From a virus: a stretch of DNA of 64,000 bases. Each line of letters opens with the position of its first letter. The first letter of the stretch is position 1. The notes beneath the pieces were generated by a model. That model was given only the letters and a program-made list of their open reading frames with translations. It was not told the origin of the DNA and did not search any database. The stretch spans positions 1 through 64,000 of the IMG/VR virus record IMGVR_UViG_3300020198_001494; one strand, given 5' to 3'. This document shows positions 51,976-60,886 of this stretch, in pieces. The translations under genes were made by a program, and so were the position numbers.

Positions 51976-52371
51976 TTATCTCACTGTAGAAGTAGATAAA
52001 CCGGAACTATCCGCTGGTATAACTGGTGGTGGAATGGGGGGAGGGGGTTGAACCGGATCTGAAGTAGTAGCTTGAGTAACAATAAACATATCATCTATAA
52101 TATCTTCTGTATTTAAAGTAGGATGTTTACTCTTATATGTAACTAAATATGTTACTCCAGTACTATAATTTTCAGTGGTAGGTGTTAATTTATATGTATA
52201 GAACCCCTTAGACTTTCTATACATAGCAACTTTTTCAACATCGGTAACCAAATTAGCTCCATCTACATGCTTTATTTCTATAGTAGCCTCGTTAACATCA
52301 AATAAGATTCTACTCTGATCTAACCAAATCATGGTAAAAACAAATTCTGTATTGAAAACTAACTTTTCCAT
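51976..52371 (-). CDS. Ig-like hypothetical protein with Pro-rich tail
   Basis: Beta-rich, KGFYTY motif, PPPPIPPP C-terminus. Confidence 0.55.
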   Translation of the reverse strand: MEKLVFNTEFVFTMIWLDQSRILFDVNEATIEIKHVDGANLVTDVEKVAMYRKSKGFYTYKLTPTTENYSTGVTYLVTYKSKHPTLNTEDIIDDMFIVTQATTSDPVQPPPPIPPPVIPADSSGLSTSTVR

Positions 52372-53628
52372 TTATTGTATATACCCATCATCAAAGAAAC
52401 TAGCATTATCATCATACCCAATATAATTTTGATGTTTATTCCCTAATACTTCACCACCATTTTTAACAAGAACACCAAAACTTTTTTTAGTATCTCTAAC
52501 ATTTTCTACTGAAAAAGTATTAACTTTATCTACTCCTATAGTACTTAAATTTTCTTCATTAAAAACCACTAATGATTTTCTATTGGAGGTTACCTGACTA
52601 CCACCAAAAGTAGCATTATTAAGTATAGTAGAGTTAGATATTTCTACTGAAGACATAGTATCTGCTAATATTCCGTGTGATTTACTGTCACTGATATAAG
52701 AATTTAATATTAATCCAGTACTATTCCATGAAATATATATAGCGATATCATTATCAACAAAAACAGTTCCGTCACTATCAGTAGCGTCAACAAGAAATGA
52801 AGAACTTCTCTCTACATTTAAACCTACTACGTTACCTTCATTACTACTACCAAAATAAGATCCAAATATCTCAGATCTACTATGGTTAGCTACAAAAATC
52901 CCATTTACATTAGAAAATATTTTACAATCATATAAAGATATATTAGAGCAATAATTAACTAATATACCGCTATTTTTATTATCTTTAAAAACACAGTTTT
53001 CAAAATCTGCTGTAGAGTTCTTATAAACAATGAAACCATCCACATTATTAGAAATAATTGAATTTTTTATATAGTATGTGGATGAATGCTCTTGTAAATT
53101 AACACCAACTTTATTGTTTTTTATTTGACAGCTATCTAACAATATTTTTGAGTAGTTAGTAGAGTTTATAGCGAAATCTTTATATCCGTAAACTAAAATA
53201 CCTTTAAACAAAATACCTTGAATACAATCTACGTTTATTCCAGTGGATATTCCCTCATTTTTACCGTATAAAACAACCTTTAAATCATCTTCGTATATAT
53301 CGGTATATAAATCTCCACTTAAAGTTATAAAACCAGAGGGGCCTACTACGTGTCCAGTAAAGTTTAATGTCTCTTCATACAAGCCATTAGCTATAAATAT
53401 TACTATATTATGGTTAATGACAACAGGAAGATCATTTATAGCCGCTTGTATTGTTTTCTTGGGCTCTAACTCGGATCCACAATTATTATCATCACCAAAA
53501 CTATTATCTACAAAAATAGAGTATTCCGCTACTGTAGTGGTAGCTCTCTTTATAAGATCATCTTCCAATCTAAGTATTTTCCCTTGCGGCAATATCGCAA
53601 TCTGTTCCGGCCTTAAAGGATGACCCAT
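52372..53628 (-). CDS. Right-handed parallel beta-helix (pectin-lyase-like) protein
   Basis: IFVD...GDD.N.GS...PKKTIQAAI start, then repeated I.NN..GI.V..S coils. Confidence 0.8.
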   Translation of the reverse strand: MGHPLRPEQIAILPQGKILRLEDDLIKRATTTVAEYSIFVDNSFGDDNNCGSELEPKKTIQAAINDLPVVINHNIVIFIANGLYEETLNFTGHVVGPSGFITLSGDLYTDIYEDDLKVVLYGKNEGISTGINVDCIQGILFKGILVYGYKDFAINSTNYSKILLDSCQIKNNKVGVNLQEHSSTYYIKNSIISNNVDGFIVYKNSTADFENCVFKDNKNSGILVNYCSNISLYDCKIFSNVNGIFVANHSRSEIFGSYFGSSNEGNVVGLNVERSSSFLVDATDSDGTVFVDNDIAIYISWNSTGLILNSYISDSKSHGILADTMSSVEISNSTILNNATFGGSQVTSNRKSLVVFNEENLSTIGVDKVNTFSVENVRDTKKSFGVLVKNGGEVLGNKHQNYIGYDDNASFFDDGYIQ

Positions 53629-53716
53629 CTCTATTTAATCCTATCTATATAATATAACTTATTTATAATTATAGTTTACTAACCTAAAACAAACATAATA
53701 CAAACATATAAAAAGT

Positions 53717-53746
53717 TAGGAGGGGGGTTTTTTAGCCCCCCTCCTA
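53717..53746 (-). terminator. Intrinsic terminator after the repeat fibre gene
   Basis: 11-bp stem TAGGAGGGGGG/CCCCCCTCCTA followed by ACTTTTT on minus strand. Confidence 0.85.
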
Positions 53747-53758
53747 TTTTAATCTACA

Positions 53759-55132
53759 TTATGAAGGAATACCATAGTATCTTACATATAAGTAATCGCC
53801 GCTAATGGAGCCCTTAAATGTTATTGTTCGACTTTCAGACGTGTAGAACCATTCGCCTGCACTACTACCAGATGCTATTAACTGACCGTTTAGATACGCA
53901 TCAATAAAAGTCCCGTCAAATCCGGTTGTATCGAATGCTGGTAATTGTACCGTATCGTCTGGTTGATTTGCTGTATCAGAAACCATAAGTGGAACACGGA
54001 TATATTGAGAGCCGTACTTAGCATATGAACTACTGTTTAAAGTTAAAGTAGAACCGCTGAGGAAAGCTGTAGCGCCGGATACGTTTACAGCACTGAGGTT
54101 TGTAATATTTGTGTTAGCTACAGCAGCAGAGAAGTTAGTAGCACCGGAAACTGTATTAGTACCCGCTAAAGTTACAGAACCGTTGAAGGTTGAAGCTGCG
54201 TTAGCGTTAGTGGTTAAAGTAGAACCGCTGAGGAAAGCTGTAGCGCCGGAGACGTTTACAGCACTGAGGTTTGTAGTATTTGTGTTAGCTACAGCAGCAG
54301 AGAAGTTAGTAGCACCGGAAACTGTATTAGTACCCGCTAAAGTTACAGAACCGCTGAAGGTTGAAGCTGCGTTAGCGTTAGTGGTTAAAGTAGAACCGCT
54401 GAGGAAAGCTGTAGCACCGGATACGTTTACAGCACTGAGGTTTGTAGTATTTGTGTTAGCTACAGCAGCAGAGAAGTTAGTAGCACCGGAAACTGTATTA
54501 GTACCCGCTAAAGTTACAGAACCGCTGAAGGTTGAAGCTGCGTTAGCGTTAGTGGTTAAAGTAGAACCGCTGAGGAAAGCTGTAGCGCCGGATACGTTTA
54601 CAGCACTGAGATTAACAGTGCCGGTAGCGTTAGTGGTACCGCCTAAAGCAACAGAACCGCTGAAGGTTGAAGCTGCGTTAGCGTTAGTGGTTAAAGTAGA
54701 ACCGCTGAGGAAAGCTGTAGCGCCGGATACGTTTACAGCACTGAGGTTTGTATTATTTGTGTTAGCTACAGCAGCAGAGAAGTTAGTAGCACCGGAAACT
54801 GTATTAGTACCCGCTAAAGTTACAGAACCGTTGAAGGTTGAAGCTGCGTTAGCGGAAGTGGTTAAAGTAGAACCGCTGAGGAAAGTAGTAGCGCCGGATA
54901 CGTTTACAGCACTGAGGTTTGTATTATTTGTGTTAGCTACAGCAGCAGAGAAGTTAGTAGCACCGGAAACTGTATTAGTACCCGCTAAAGTTACAGAACC
55001 GTTGAAGGTTGAAGCTGCGTTAGCGTTAGTGGTTAAAGTAGAACCGCTGAGGAAATTTGTAGCGCCGGATACAGCAACAGTACTTACGCCTGTACTTAAA
55101 TCTAATTGAAAACCTTTAATCTTATTAGCCAT
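53759..55132 (-). CDS. Repeat-rich beta-solenoid fibre-like protein (57-aa units)
   Basis: About 7 full or partial units of NLSAVNVSGATAFLSGSTLTTNANAASTF.GSVTLAGTNTVSGATNFSAAVANTN.T; globular C-terminus. Confidence 0.75.
   Translation of the reverse strand: MANKIKGFQLDLSTGVSTVAVSGATNFLSGSTLTTNANAASTFNGSVTLAGTNTVSGATNFSAAVANTNNTNLSAVNVSGATTFLSGSTLTTSANAASTFNGSVTLAGTNTVSGATNFSAAVANTNNTNLSAVNVSGATAFLSGSTLTTNANAASTFSGSVALGGTTNATGTVNLSAVNVSGATAFLSGSTLTTNANAASTFSGSVTLAGTNTVSGATNFSAAVANTNTTNLSAVNVSGATAFLSGSTLTTNANAASTFSGSVTLAGTNTVSGATNFSAAVANTNTTNLSAVNVSGATAFLSGSTLTTNANAASTFNGSVTLAGTNTVSGATNFSAAVANTNITNLSAVNVSGATAFLSGSTLTLNSSSYAKYGSQYIRVPLMVSDTANQPDDTVQLPAFDTTGFDGTFIDAYLNGQLIASGSSAGEWFYTSESRTITFKGSISGDYLYVRYYGIPS
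54042..55072. repeat. 171-bp near-identical coding tandem repeat, with one shorter 135-bp variant unit
   Basis: For example GGAAAGCTGTAGC at 54061 and 54232 (period 171). Confidence 0.95.
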
Positions 55133-55208
55133 TTTTCTTCAGTCACCCCGTTTATTAAAAAATCTTACCCATCATAACTAATTTTTTATAAACAAAATAA
55201 AACAAAAT

Positions 55209-55451
55209 CTAACTATGTACTAAAGCCTTCAATCCTTGTATACAATCTGCATAATCTAAAGCAACTACTTTACCTCTTCTACCAAAATACTCTATTTTAA
55301 GTTTATCTAACCCACCTGTATCTACAAAGATAAAAAAGAATTTTGACCCTTCTCTATTAGTATCTTTCATGACACAACCGGCGGCTTGTAAGAAAGCAGC
55401 AAAGTATAAATCATTTGTTTTATACTCTTTTTCTATTAATTCGTGTGACAC
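55209..55451 (-). CDS. DUF5659-like small phage protein
   Basis: YKTNDLYFAAFL...G....FFFIF signature; GGGG upstream of GTG start. Confidence 0.6.
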   Translation of the reverse strand: MSHELIEKEYKTNDLYFAAFLQAAGCVMKDTNREGSKFFFIFVDTGGLDKLKIEYFGRRGKVVALDYADCIQGLKALVHS

Positions 55452-55462
55452 TAAACTTCCCC

Positions 55463-55816
55463 CTACTTAATAAACTTATCATATGTAGAAGTGTTATAAC
55501 CCTTGTCAGAAGCCAGTTTTTTAGCTTCTTTCCAAGACCCGACTATTTCACCCTCTACATTAGGAGCTACTTTAGGACTACTATGTTCTTTTCTCTGCCT
55601 TCTATCTAATACTTCAGATCTTTTTTTTCTAAACTCAGTTTCTTTGATTAATTTACCAGACCAATTATCACCTTTTAACATAAAACTGGTAGATCTAACA
55701 AGAACTGACATCTTTAAATTACACATAGTACACGACTGATCATTTCTATCTGACATACTACAATTTACTGTAGTCTCATTTAAACAATTACCACATCTTA
55801 AATCATAATTAGGCAT
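55463..55816 (-). CDS. FmdB-family zinc-ribbon protein
   Basis: MPNYDLRCGNC...CTMC...FMLKGDNW. Confidence 0.8.
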   Translation of the reverse strand: MPNYDLRCGNCLNETTVNCSMSDRNDQSCTMCNLKMSVLVRSTSFMLKGDNWSGKLIKETEFRKKRSEVLDRRQRKEHSSPKVAPNVEGEIVGSWKEAKKLASDKGYNTSTYDKFIK

Positions 55817-55822
55817 AATTTA

Positions 55823-56803
55823 TTATTTCATTCTCTTTAATTTAGCATTTACAAACTTTTTAATAGCTCCTTGCTCAATTCTTGATACTACTTCAAGTAA
55901 ATTTTTATCATTGGAATCATCTACAAAACTCTTTTTTTGCTGAAAACTCATTTTTGTCCAATCTTCTTTAAATTTTTCTGTACTTGATTTTTGGCCTAAA
56001 AATTCAAAACCAGCAAGATCAGATAATTCTACAAATTCTGATACCCCAGCCCCTTTTAAATTTACATTCTCTTCATTACTAGGTAACTTAGACTCTTCCC
56101 CCATTATCTCAAATCCAGTATTCTTAAAAATACCTGTATCATCAATATCATCTACTATTCCAGCGCCTTTTAATTCAGTTTTTGATTCAGTATCTCCTAA
56201 ATTCTTTGGCTCTACTTTTTTTGGCTTTCTCTTTAATTTAGGTGGTTTTTCACCCTCTTCAAATTTAACTTCCATTTTAGGTATCTCTAGTTTAGTACCT
56301 TCTACTTTTTTATTACTTCCAATTTCATCACCGTCAATCTCTGTAACAGGCATATTAATACTCAAATCACTTTTTTTAGAAGCTTTCTTCTTTGAACTTG
56401 GTATATCACCTATATAATCTGGCTCTTGATCAAGTACTGGAAGGTTTATGTTAAATAAAGGTTTTGCTTTTTTAGCTTTACGGGGTCCGGGAGTATCTGC
56501 TACCTCTTCGCCGGATGAGTATTCAACCGTCTCGTATTTATCAAGAACACTGCCGGTATCTAGTCTTTTAAGTAAATTCTCACTAAGATGTACAGTAGAC
56601 TTATCTGTTACAACAACATCGCCAGGATCATCAGATAGATCTCTCATCCAACCCATTTTTAAAATTGGATCAAAAGATGACACCTTAAACTCTTCTTCAT
56701 TTACAACAGCTTTTTTCCCATCATAGTAGACAATATCCCCAGCATACAGGTACTTAGATGCCTCGCCTACCATAAACTTACATTCTACTAAGTATTTTTT
56801 CAT
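55823..56803 (-). CDS. Hypothetical charged protein
   Basis: 326-aa ORF, GAGG SD, long disordered centre. Confidence 0.6.
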   Translation of the reverse strand: MKKYLVECKFMVGEASKYLYAGDIVYYDGKKAVVNEEEFKVSSFDPILKMGWMRDLSDDPGDVVVTDKSTVHLSENLLKRLDTGSVLDKYETVEYSSGEEVADTPGPRKAKKAKPLFNINLPVLDQEPDYIGDIPSSKKKASKKSDLSINMPVTEIDGDEIGSNKKVEGTKLEIPKMEVKFEEGEKPPKLKRKPKKVEPKNLGDTESKTELKGAGIVDDIDDTGIFKNTGFEIMGEESKLPSNEENVNLKGAGVSEFVELSDLAGFEFLGQKSSTEKFKEDWTKMSFQQKKSFVDDSNDKNLLEVVSRIEQGAIKKFVNAKLKRMK

Positions 56804-56900
56804 ATAAATTAACTAACCTCTCATTTACATAGTATCATGTTTACATGAGTATCTATAAATTAAAAATGAGCGGTGGACTACTTCTAAAAATTTGACTTCG

Positions 56901-56924
56901 TGGTATAATGAAGTACGAAAGGAG
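56901..56924 (+). promoter_or_regulatory. Extended -10 promoter (TGGTATAAT) and SD (AAAGGAG) for the endonuclease gene
   Basis: TGnTATAAT at 56901-56909; AAAGGAG at 56918-56924, 9 nt before in-frame GTG 56934. Confidence 0.65.
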
Positions 56925-56933
56925 TACCTCATC

Positions 56934-58196
56934 GTGGATGGAAGTAAATGGTCAGAAGAAGAGTTAAATACATTAAGAGAACACTATGACTCTGATAACA
57001 TTGATCTAGTGACAAACATGCTGCCGAATAGAACCAGGAAATCTGTTATGCACAAAGCTATTGAATTAGGTCTGGTTAGAAAAGATTTTTGGACAGCAGA
57101 AGAAATAAGTATTTTAGAAATGTACAACGGAAACAATATTGATGAAATAACTGAGCTTCTTACTAAGAGAACAAAAAGAGCGGTTATGGGTAAAATAGGA
57201 GAAATTGGTCTTATTTTCAAAAATCGATGGACAGAAGAAGAAATTGAAACTCTTAAGGAAAACTATGATCCTAATGATACAGACTTGATGTTAGAATTAC
57301 TGCCGGGTAGAACAAAAAGATCTATATATGTCCAAGCAAGTAGACTTAATTTAACAAATGGGTGGACAGAAGAAGAAATTGAGACAGTAAAAGAAAATTA
57401 TGGAAAATTAACTAATAAAGACTTGCAGAAATTATTACCTAACAGAACACTGAGGGCAATTCAACACACGGGAAAAGAAACCTTGGGAATTGATAAAGAA
57501 ACTTTTGAAAGACGGTATAAAATAAACGAAGATTTCTTTTCTACCTATACACTGGAAAGTTGTTACTGGGCTGGTTTTATAGCTGCTGACGGAGCAGTAA
57601 GTAAAACTAGAAAAATTAATGATCCGGATAGATTAAGAATAAATCTTCAAGAAAGGGATAAATGTCAATTAGAAAAATTTGCTAAAGTGCTAGACTATAC
57701 TGGACCTATAAATGAATATGAAGTAAAAGAACAGCAGATCTTGGATAATACAAAAAGAACCGAAGCTAAAAAAGCGGTAAATATTACAGTATGTAGTAAA
57801 AAATTAGTAGAGGATTTAAGAAAAAATTTCAACATTACAGAAAAGAAATCTCTAACTTTGGAACCACCGAAACTTCCTAATAGAGAATGTGAGCTATCTT
57901 TCATCAAAGGATATCTTGATGGGGATGGAAGTTTACCTAATAATATTGATGGATCTATTATGATTTGTATTAACGGAACATATAAATTACTAAACTGGAT
58001 AAAGAAAATATTTGATGAAGAAAGTCCTGGTAATAAATATGGTACTGCATCCGAAGTAAGAAAAGATGGAAACATCTATAAATACTCAGTACATTCACAG
58101 AGAGCGGCTAAAATAATAAATATACTAATAAACTTAGAAACTTCAGCATTAAATAGAAAATGGTCTAAATATATGTATATGAAGGATAATAAGTAA
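56934..58196 (+). CDS. Free-standing double-motif LAGLIDADG homing endonuclease with four N-terminal Myb-like HTH repeats
   Basis: YWAGFIAADG and FIKGYLDGDG motifs; 4x W[ST].EE...L...Y...RT..[SA][VI] repeats; the only credible plus-strand gene. Confidence 0.85.
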   Translation: MDGSKWSEEELNTLREHYDSDNIDLVTNMLPNRTRKSVMHKAIELGLVRKDFWTAEEISILEMYNGNNIDEITELLTKRTKRAVMGKIGEIGLIFKNRWTEEEIETLKENYDPNDTDLMLELLPGRTKRSIYVQASRLNLTNGWTEEEIETVKENYGKLTNKDLQKLLPNRTLRAIQHTGKETLGIDKETFERRYKINEDFFSTYTLESCYWAGFIAADGAVSKTRKINDPDRLRINLQERDKCQLEKFAKVLDYTGPINEYEVKEQQILDNTKRTEAKKAVNITVCSKKLVEDLRKNFNITEKKSLTLEPPKLPNRECELSFIKGYLDGDGSLPNNIDGSIMICINGTYKLLNWIKKIFDEESPGNKYGTASEVRKDGNIYKYSVHSQRAAKIINILINLETSALNRKWSKYMYMKDNK

Positions 58197-58266
58197 TGGA
58201 CCCAGGCTAGTATTTCTATGATTAGAAAATACTACCAACCACTAATGTTTAACTAGATCCAAAAAC

Positions 58267-58297
58267 AGAAAGTACCCCCATAAAGGGGGTACTTTCT
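58267..58297. terminator. Intrinsic terminator after major capsid gene, possibly bidirectional
   Basis: 13-bp perfect stem AGAAAGTACCCCC/GGGGGTACTTTCT with 5-nt loop; T-run follows on minus strand; lies between convergent genes. Confidence 0.9.
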
Positions 58298-58310
58298 TGG
58301 CTAGGTATGA

Positions 58311-59186
58311 TTAACGAACAGTAGTAACCTCTAATGTTTGTAATCCTAATGGATTATGCACCCCTATGCCAATGTTCTCGAAGACCGAGAATCCAATGAG
58401 TCTGTTCTTAGGATCGTCAGCAGAAAGTACAGTTAGTTCTGTTCTGACTGGAATTCTACCGAAGAATTCAGGTTCAGCACAAACAAATACTGCACCAACT
58501 GGAACGATTCTTGACACGATTATCTGTGCGCCCCAGAGGTACGCCATCAAACCGGTCTTTAACAGGACTGCCTGGCTCTCGATGTCGAGAATATCTCTTC
58601 CGAATTTCCGGATATCGGTATAATCACGGGCATTCATGAAGATTCTAGAAACACGAAGATCCCACTTCTCGATATCAGCGAAAGCATCAGCTAGAACTGC
58701 CGGAGTAATTGGAGCACCAGTTCTAATCTTCGCATTTGGAGCGCCAGCCGCATCGCGGATAGCTGCCATAATTGCGAAAGATTTGGTGTCCTCTTGCGCC
58801 TGGATTTCAGCCTTAGCTAAGTCTTGCGCTCTTTCGATCAAGTCGAATCTACGCTCTTTAACCTGAGTTAGAGGGATTTCTGGGTTGCTTGCTAACTCGA
58901 ATAGAGGGAATAGGACTCTCGTACTCTTTGTTACGGCAAGAATGCCTTCACCTTCTTCACCGACTACATAGGCGGTGACATCAGGATCTCTGTCGTATAC
59001 CGGAAGGGCACCATCAGGTAGCTGTTCAACTAAATAAGCTTTACGGGCTACTGAAGTGTAATCTCTCCGACGACGGAGGGGCTGAGTCATTGAAGCGGCT
59101 AAACGCTGACGACCCTGGGATGTTCTTAAAAGATCCCCTATGATTTGCTGTTTTAGCTCATTTGAAATTTGTTCTGGCATCTTCAT
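58311..59186 (-). CDS. Major capsid protein (HK97 fold)
   Basis: Strong SD AAGGAGG, high-expression codon usage, terminator downstream, order protease-scaffold-decoration-MCP; P-domain-like RIFMN...LWGAQIIVSR.VP.G..F motif. Confidence 0.85.
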   Translation of the reverse strand: MKMPEQISNELKQQIIGDLLRTSQGRQRLAASMTQPLRRRRDYTSVARKAYLVEQLPDGALPVYDRDPDVTAYVVGEEGEGILAVTKSTRVLFPLFELASNPEIPLTQVKERRFDLIERAQDLAKAEIQAQEDTKSFAIMAAIRDAAGAPNAKIRTGAPITPAVLADAFADIEKWDLRVSRIFMNARDYTDIRKFGRDILDIESQAVLLKTGLMAYLWGAQIIVSRIVPVGAVFVCAEPEFFGRIPVRTELTVLSADDPKNRLIGFSVFENIGIGVHNPLGLQTLEVTTVR

Positions 59187-59194
59187 TTACCTCC

Positions 59195-59698
59195 TTATAT
59201 CGTCAACATGAGGCCGAGCCAAGAATCGGACCCCGCTACTGGCGGTTTAATGACATATCCTACTTGTGCTTGAGTACCAGTTCTTTGCTTCGTTAATAGC
59301 CCATAAGCTGATGAATAAAGTGGATTACCGGCAGCATAAGTTAAGTCATTACCATCAGTATCCTTAGTCTCATAAACATCAACATAGGCTACACCCAAAT
59401 TGCAAACAAATGGACCTTTTTCTGATGCTACTGCTGGGGTATTCTCAAAAGGATTACCAGCGGCATTGTTAATGAACAGTCCCATAGGAACAGTCGCATT
59501 TTGAGCATCAGCGGCACCTACTAAAAGGGTACCTTTAAGGGCCGCTACTGTACCGCCTAACACACCTTTTGGTGTTTGGGCATTTAAAGTAGCGTTTGTC
59601 ATTGTCCGGCCTGCCGGATTTGAGTCGAATGTGAAAGCAGCCGCTTCAAGTGAGAACAACGTGTTGCGGTGCCCCACATATAAAATACGTAGAGCCAT
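59195..59698 (-). CDS. Capsid decoration/cement-like protein
   Basis: Directly upstream of MCP; Y.AG..LY.S..GLLT...VG.V...P beta-clip-like motif; AGGAG SD. Confidence 0.6.
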   Translation of the reverse strand: MALRILYVGHRNTLFSLEAAAFTFDSNPAGRTMTNATLNAQTPKGVLGGTVAALKGTLLVGAADAQNATVPMGLFINNAAGNPFENTPAVASEKGPFVCNLGVAYVDVYETKDTDGNDLTYAAGNPLYSSAYGLLTKQRTGTQAQVGYVIKPPVAGSDSWLGLMLTI

Positions 59699-59723
59699 TT
59701 ACTTTTCTCCTCTAATCAGAAGT

Positions 59724-60863
59724 TTAACCAAAAATATGTCTAACATCTGGAGCACTCTCCCACAAACCACTTAAATCTTTCGTTGTAGAATTAGAACGGG
59801 GTCCAGAAGCAATCTTCTTGACACCTTTCTTTTCTACATTACGATTATTTTTACTCGCGGTTCTTAGAGAACTCATTTTGGGTTTTACATCTTCATCTAC
59901 ATTTTCCTCTTCGCCTTCGGCTGAAGGAACACCCTCTTTACTTTCATCAGTGAAAAGACCTTCAAGGTCTTCATCACTCATGCTATCTGCTGGACCAGAT
60001 TGGACATCCATATCTTGACCATCAAACTCAATTGGAAGCTCATCTTGACCTACAACTTCCTCATCATCACCAAAATCACCCATACCAGCATCTTCAGAAA
60101 GACCTAAAGTATCGTTGTATGGAGATCCTTCACCACCTTTTGTAGACTCAGCATAAGCAGCCTCTTGTTCGGAGGTATTTTGCTCTTTGACACCTGGGGG
60201 TGGTTCTGCTGTTGTGCCACCAGCGGGGGCTGGTGCAATATCAACTGGAGCGGCATCTGTGGCAGGTACTTCCCCTACAGGAGCAGCATCCTCTACATCT
60301 ACCTCATCTTCTTCCTCAACTTCCCCATCGGACTCATCTTCCTCCACTTCCTCATCAGCATCTTCATCTTCCCAACCGTCTTCATCAGTACCCTCATCTT
60401 CGTCTTCATCTTCATTCATGGCCTTTAAAATACGGCCCTCTTCTTCATACTTTGCAATTCGTGAAATAGTGTCTTCAAGAGATTTAAGTGGAAGATCCAT
60501 TAAATCAGTAGCTTGCTTCTCAATAAATAGATCAGTGCCGTCTGGGAATAGCTTCTTAGCGATTCTAATTGACATGGCGCTCTTTTTAGCTAATACTTGA
60601 GCAGTTTTAAGAGCAGCTAGCTTAGCCTGACGGCTTGATGGCATTGGAACATGAAGACTTGGATGACGAATAGTCTGGTCTTCTTTCCAATCGTGTCTCA
60701 TATCTGGCTGTTCAAAATTAACTACAGCCTCCGGATCCCATGTTAAATACTTCTCCATATCAGGATTATATCTCTGTACATTTAATGACCCAGGATCTGT
60801 ATTTTCATACGTGAGAGCCTTTTTGGAAAGACCCTTATCAGTTAATCTTTTTCTTTTTGACAT
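59724..60863 (-). CDS. Acidic scaffold-like head protein
   Basis: D/E-rich tracts, position before decoration/MCP, conserved-looking C-terminus LSGLWESAPDVRHIFG. Confidence 0.55.
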   Translation of the reverse strand: MSKRKRLTDKGLSKKALTYENTDPGSLNVQRYNPDMEKYLTWDPEAVVNFEQPDMRHDWKEDQTIRHPSLHVPMPSSRQAKLAALKTAQVLAKKSAMSIRIAKKLFPDGTDLFIEKQATDLMDLPLKSLEDTISRIAKYEEEGRILKAMNEDEDEDEGTDEDGWEDEDADEEVEEDESDGEVEEEDEVDVEDAAPVGEVPATDAAPVDIAPAPAGGTTAEPPPGVKEQNTSEQEAAYAESTKGGEGSPYNDTLGLSEDAGMGDFGDDEEVVGQDELPIEFDGQDMDVQSGPADSMSDEDLEGLFTDESKEGVPSAEGEEENVDEDVKPKMSSLRTASKNNRNVEKKGVKKIASGPRSNSTTKDLSGLWESAPDVRHIFG

Positions 60864-60886
60864 GATTTTAACTATCTCCCCTTAAA

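Noticed and set aside
54042-55072. Possible CRISPR array
   Set aside because: Contiguous 171-bp in-frame units with no unique spacers; it is a coding repeat
54111-55109. 332-aa plus-strand ORF and other plus-strand ORFs (e.g. 44811-45509, 28367-28951, 60187-60600)
   Set aside because: Antisense shadows of clear minus-strand genes, explained by codon bias or repeats; no SD or domain motifs
45978-55132. Archaeal host (volactin-like actin, TATA-like motif, N-x-S/T sequons in the fibre)
   Set aside because: Three peptidoglycan hydrolase domains and a sigma70-type promoter point to bacteria; sequons are explained by N/S/T-rich composition
56892-56909. TTGACT as the -35 box paired with TATAAT
   Set aside because: Spacing is only 6 bp; an extended -10 explains the site better
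58208-58234. AT-rich hairpin after the endonuclease stop
   Set aside because: Imperfect, weak and lacks a U-tract; not called as a terminator
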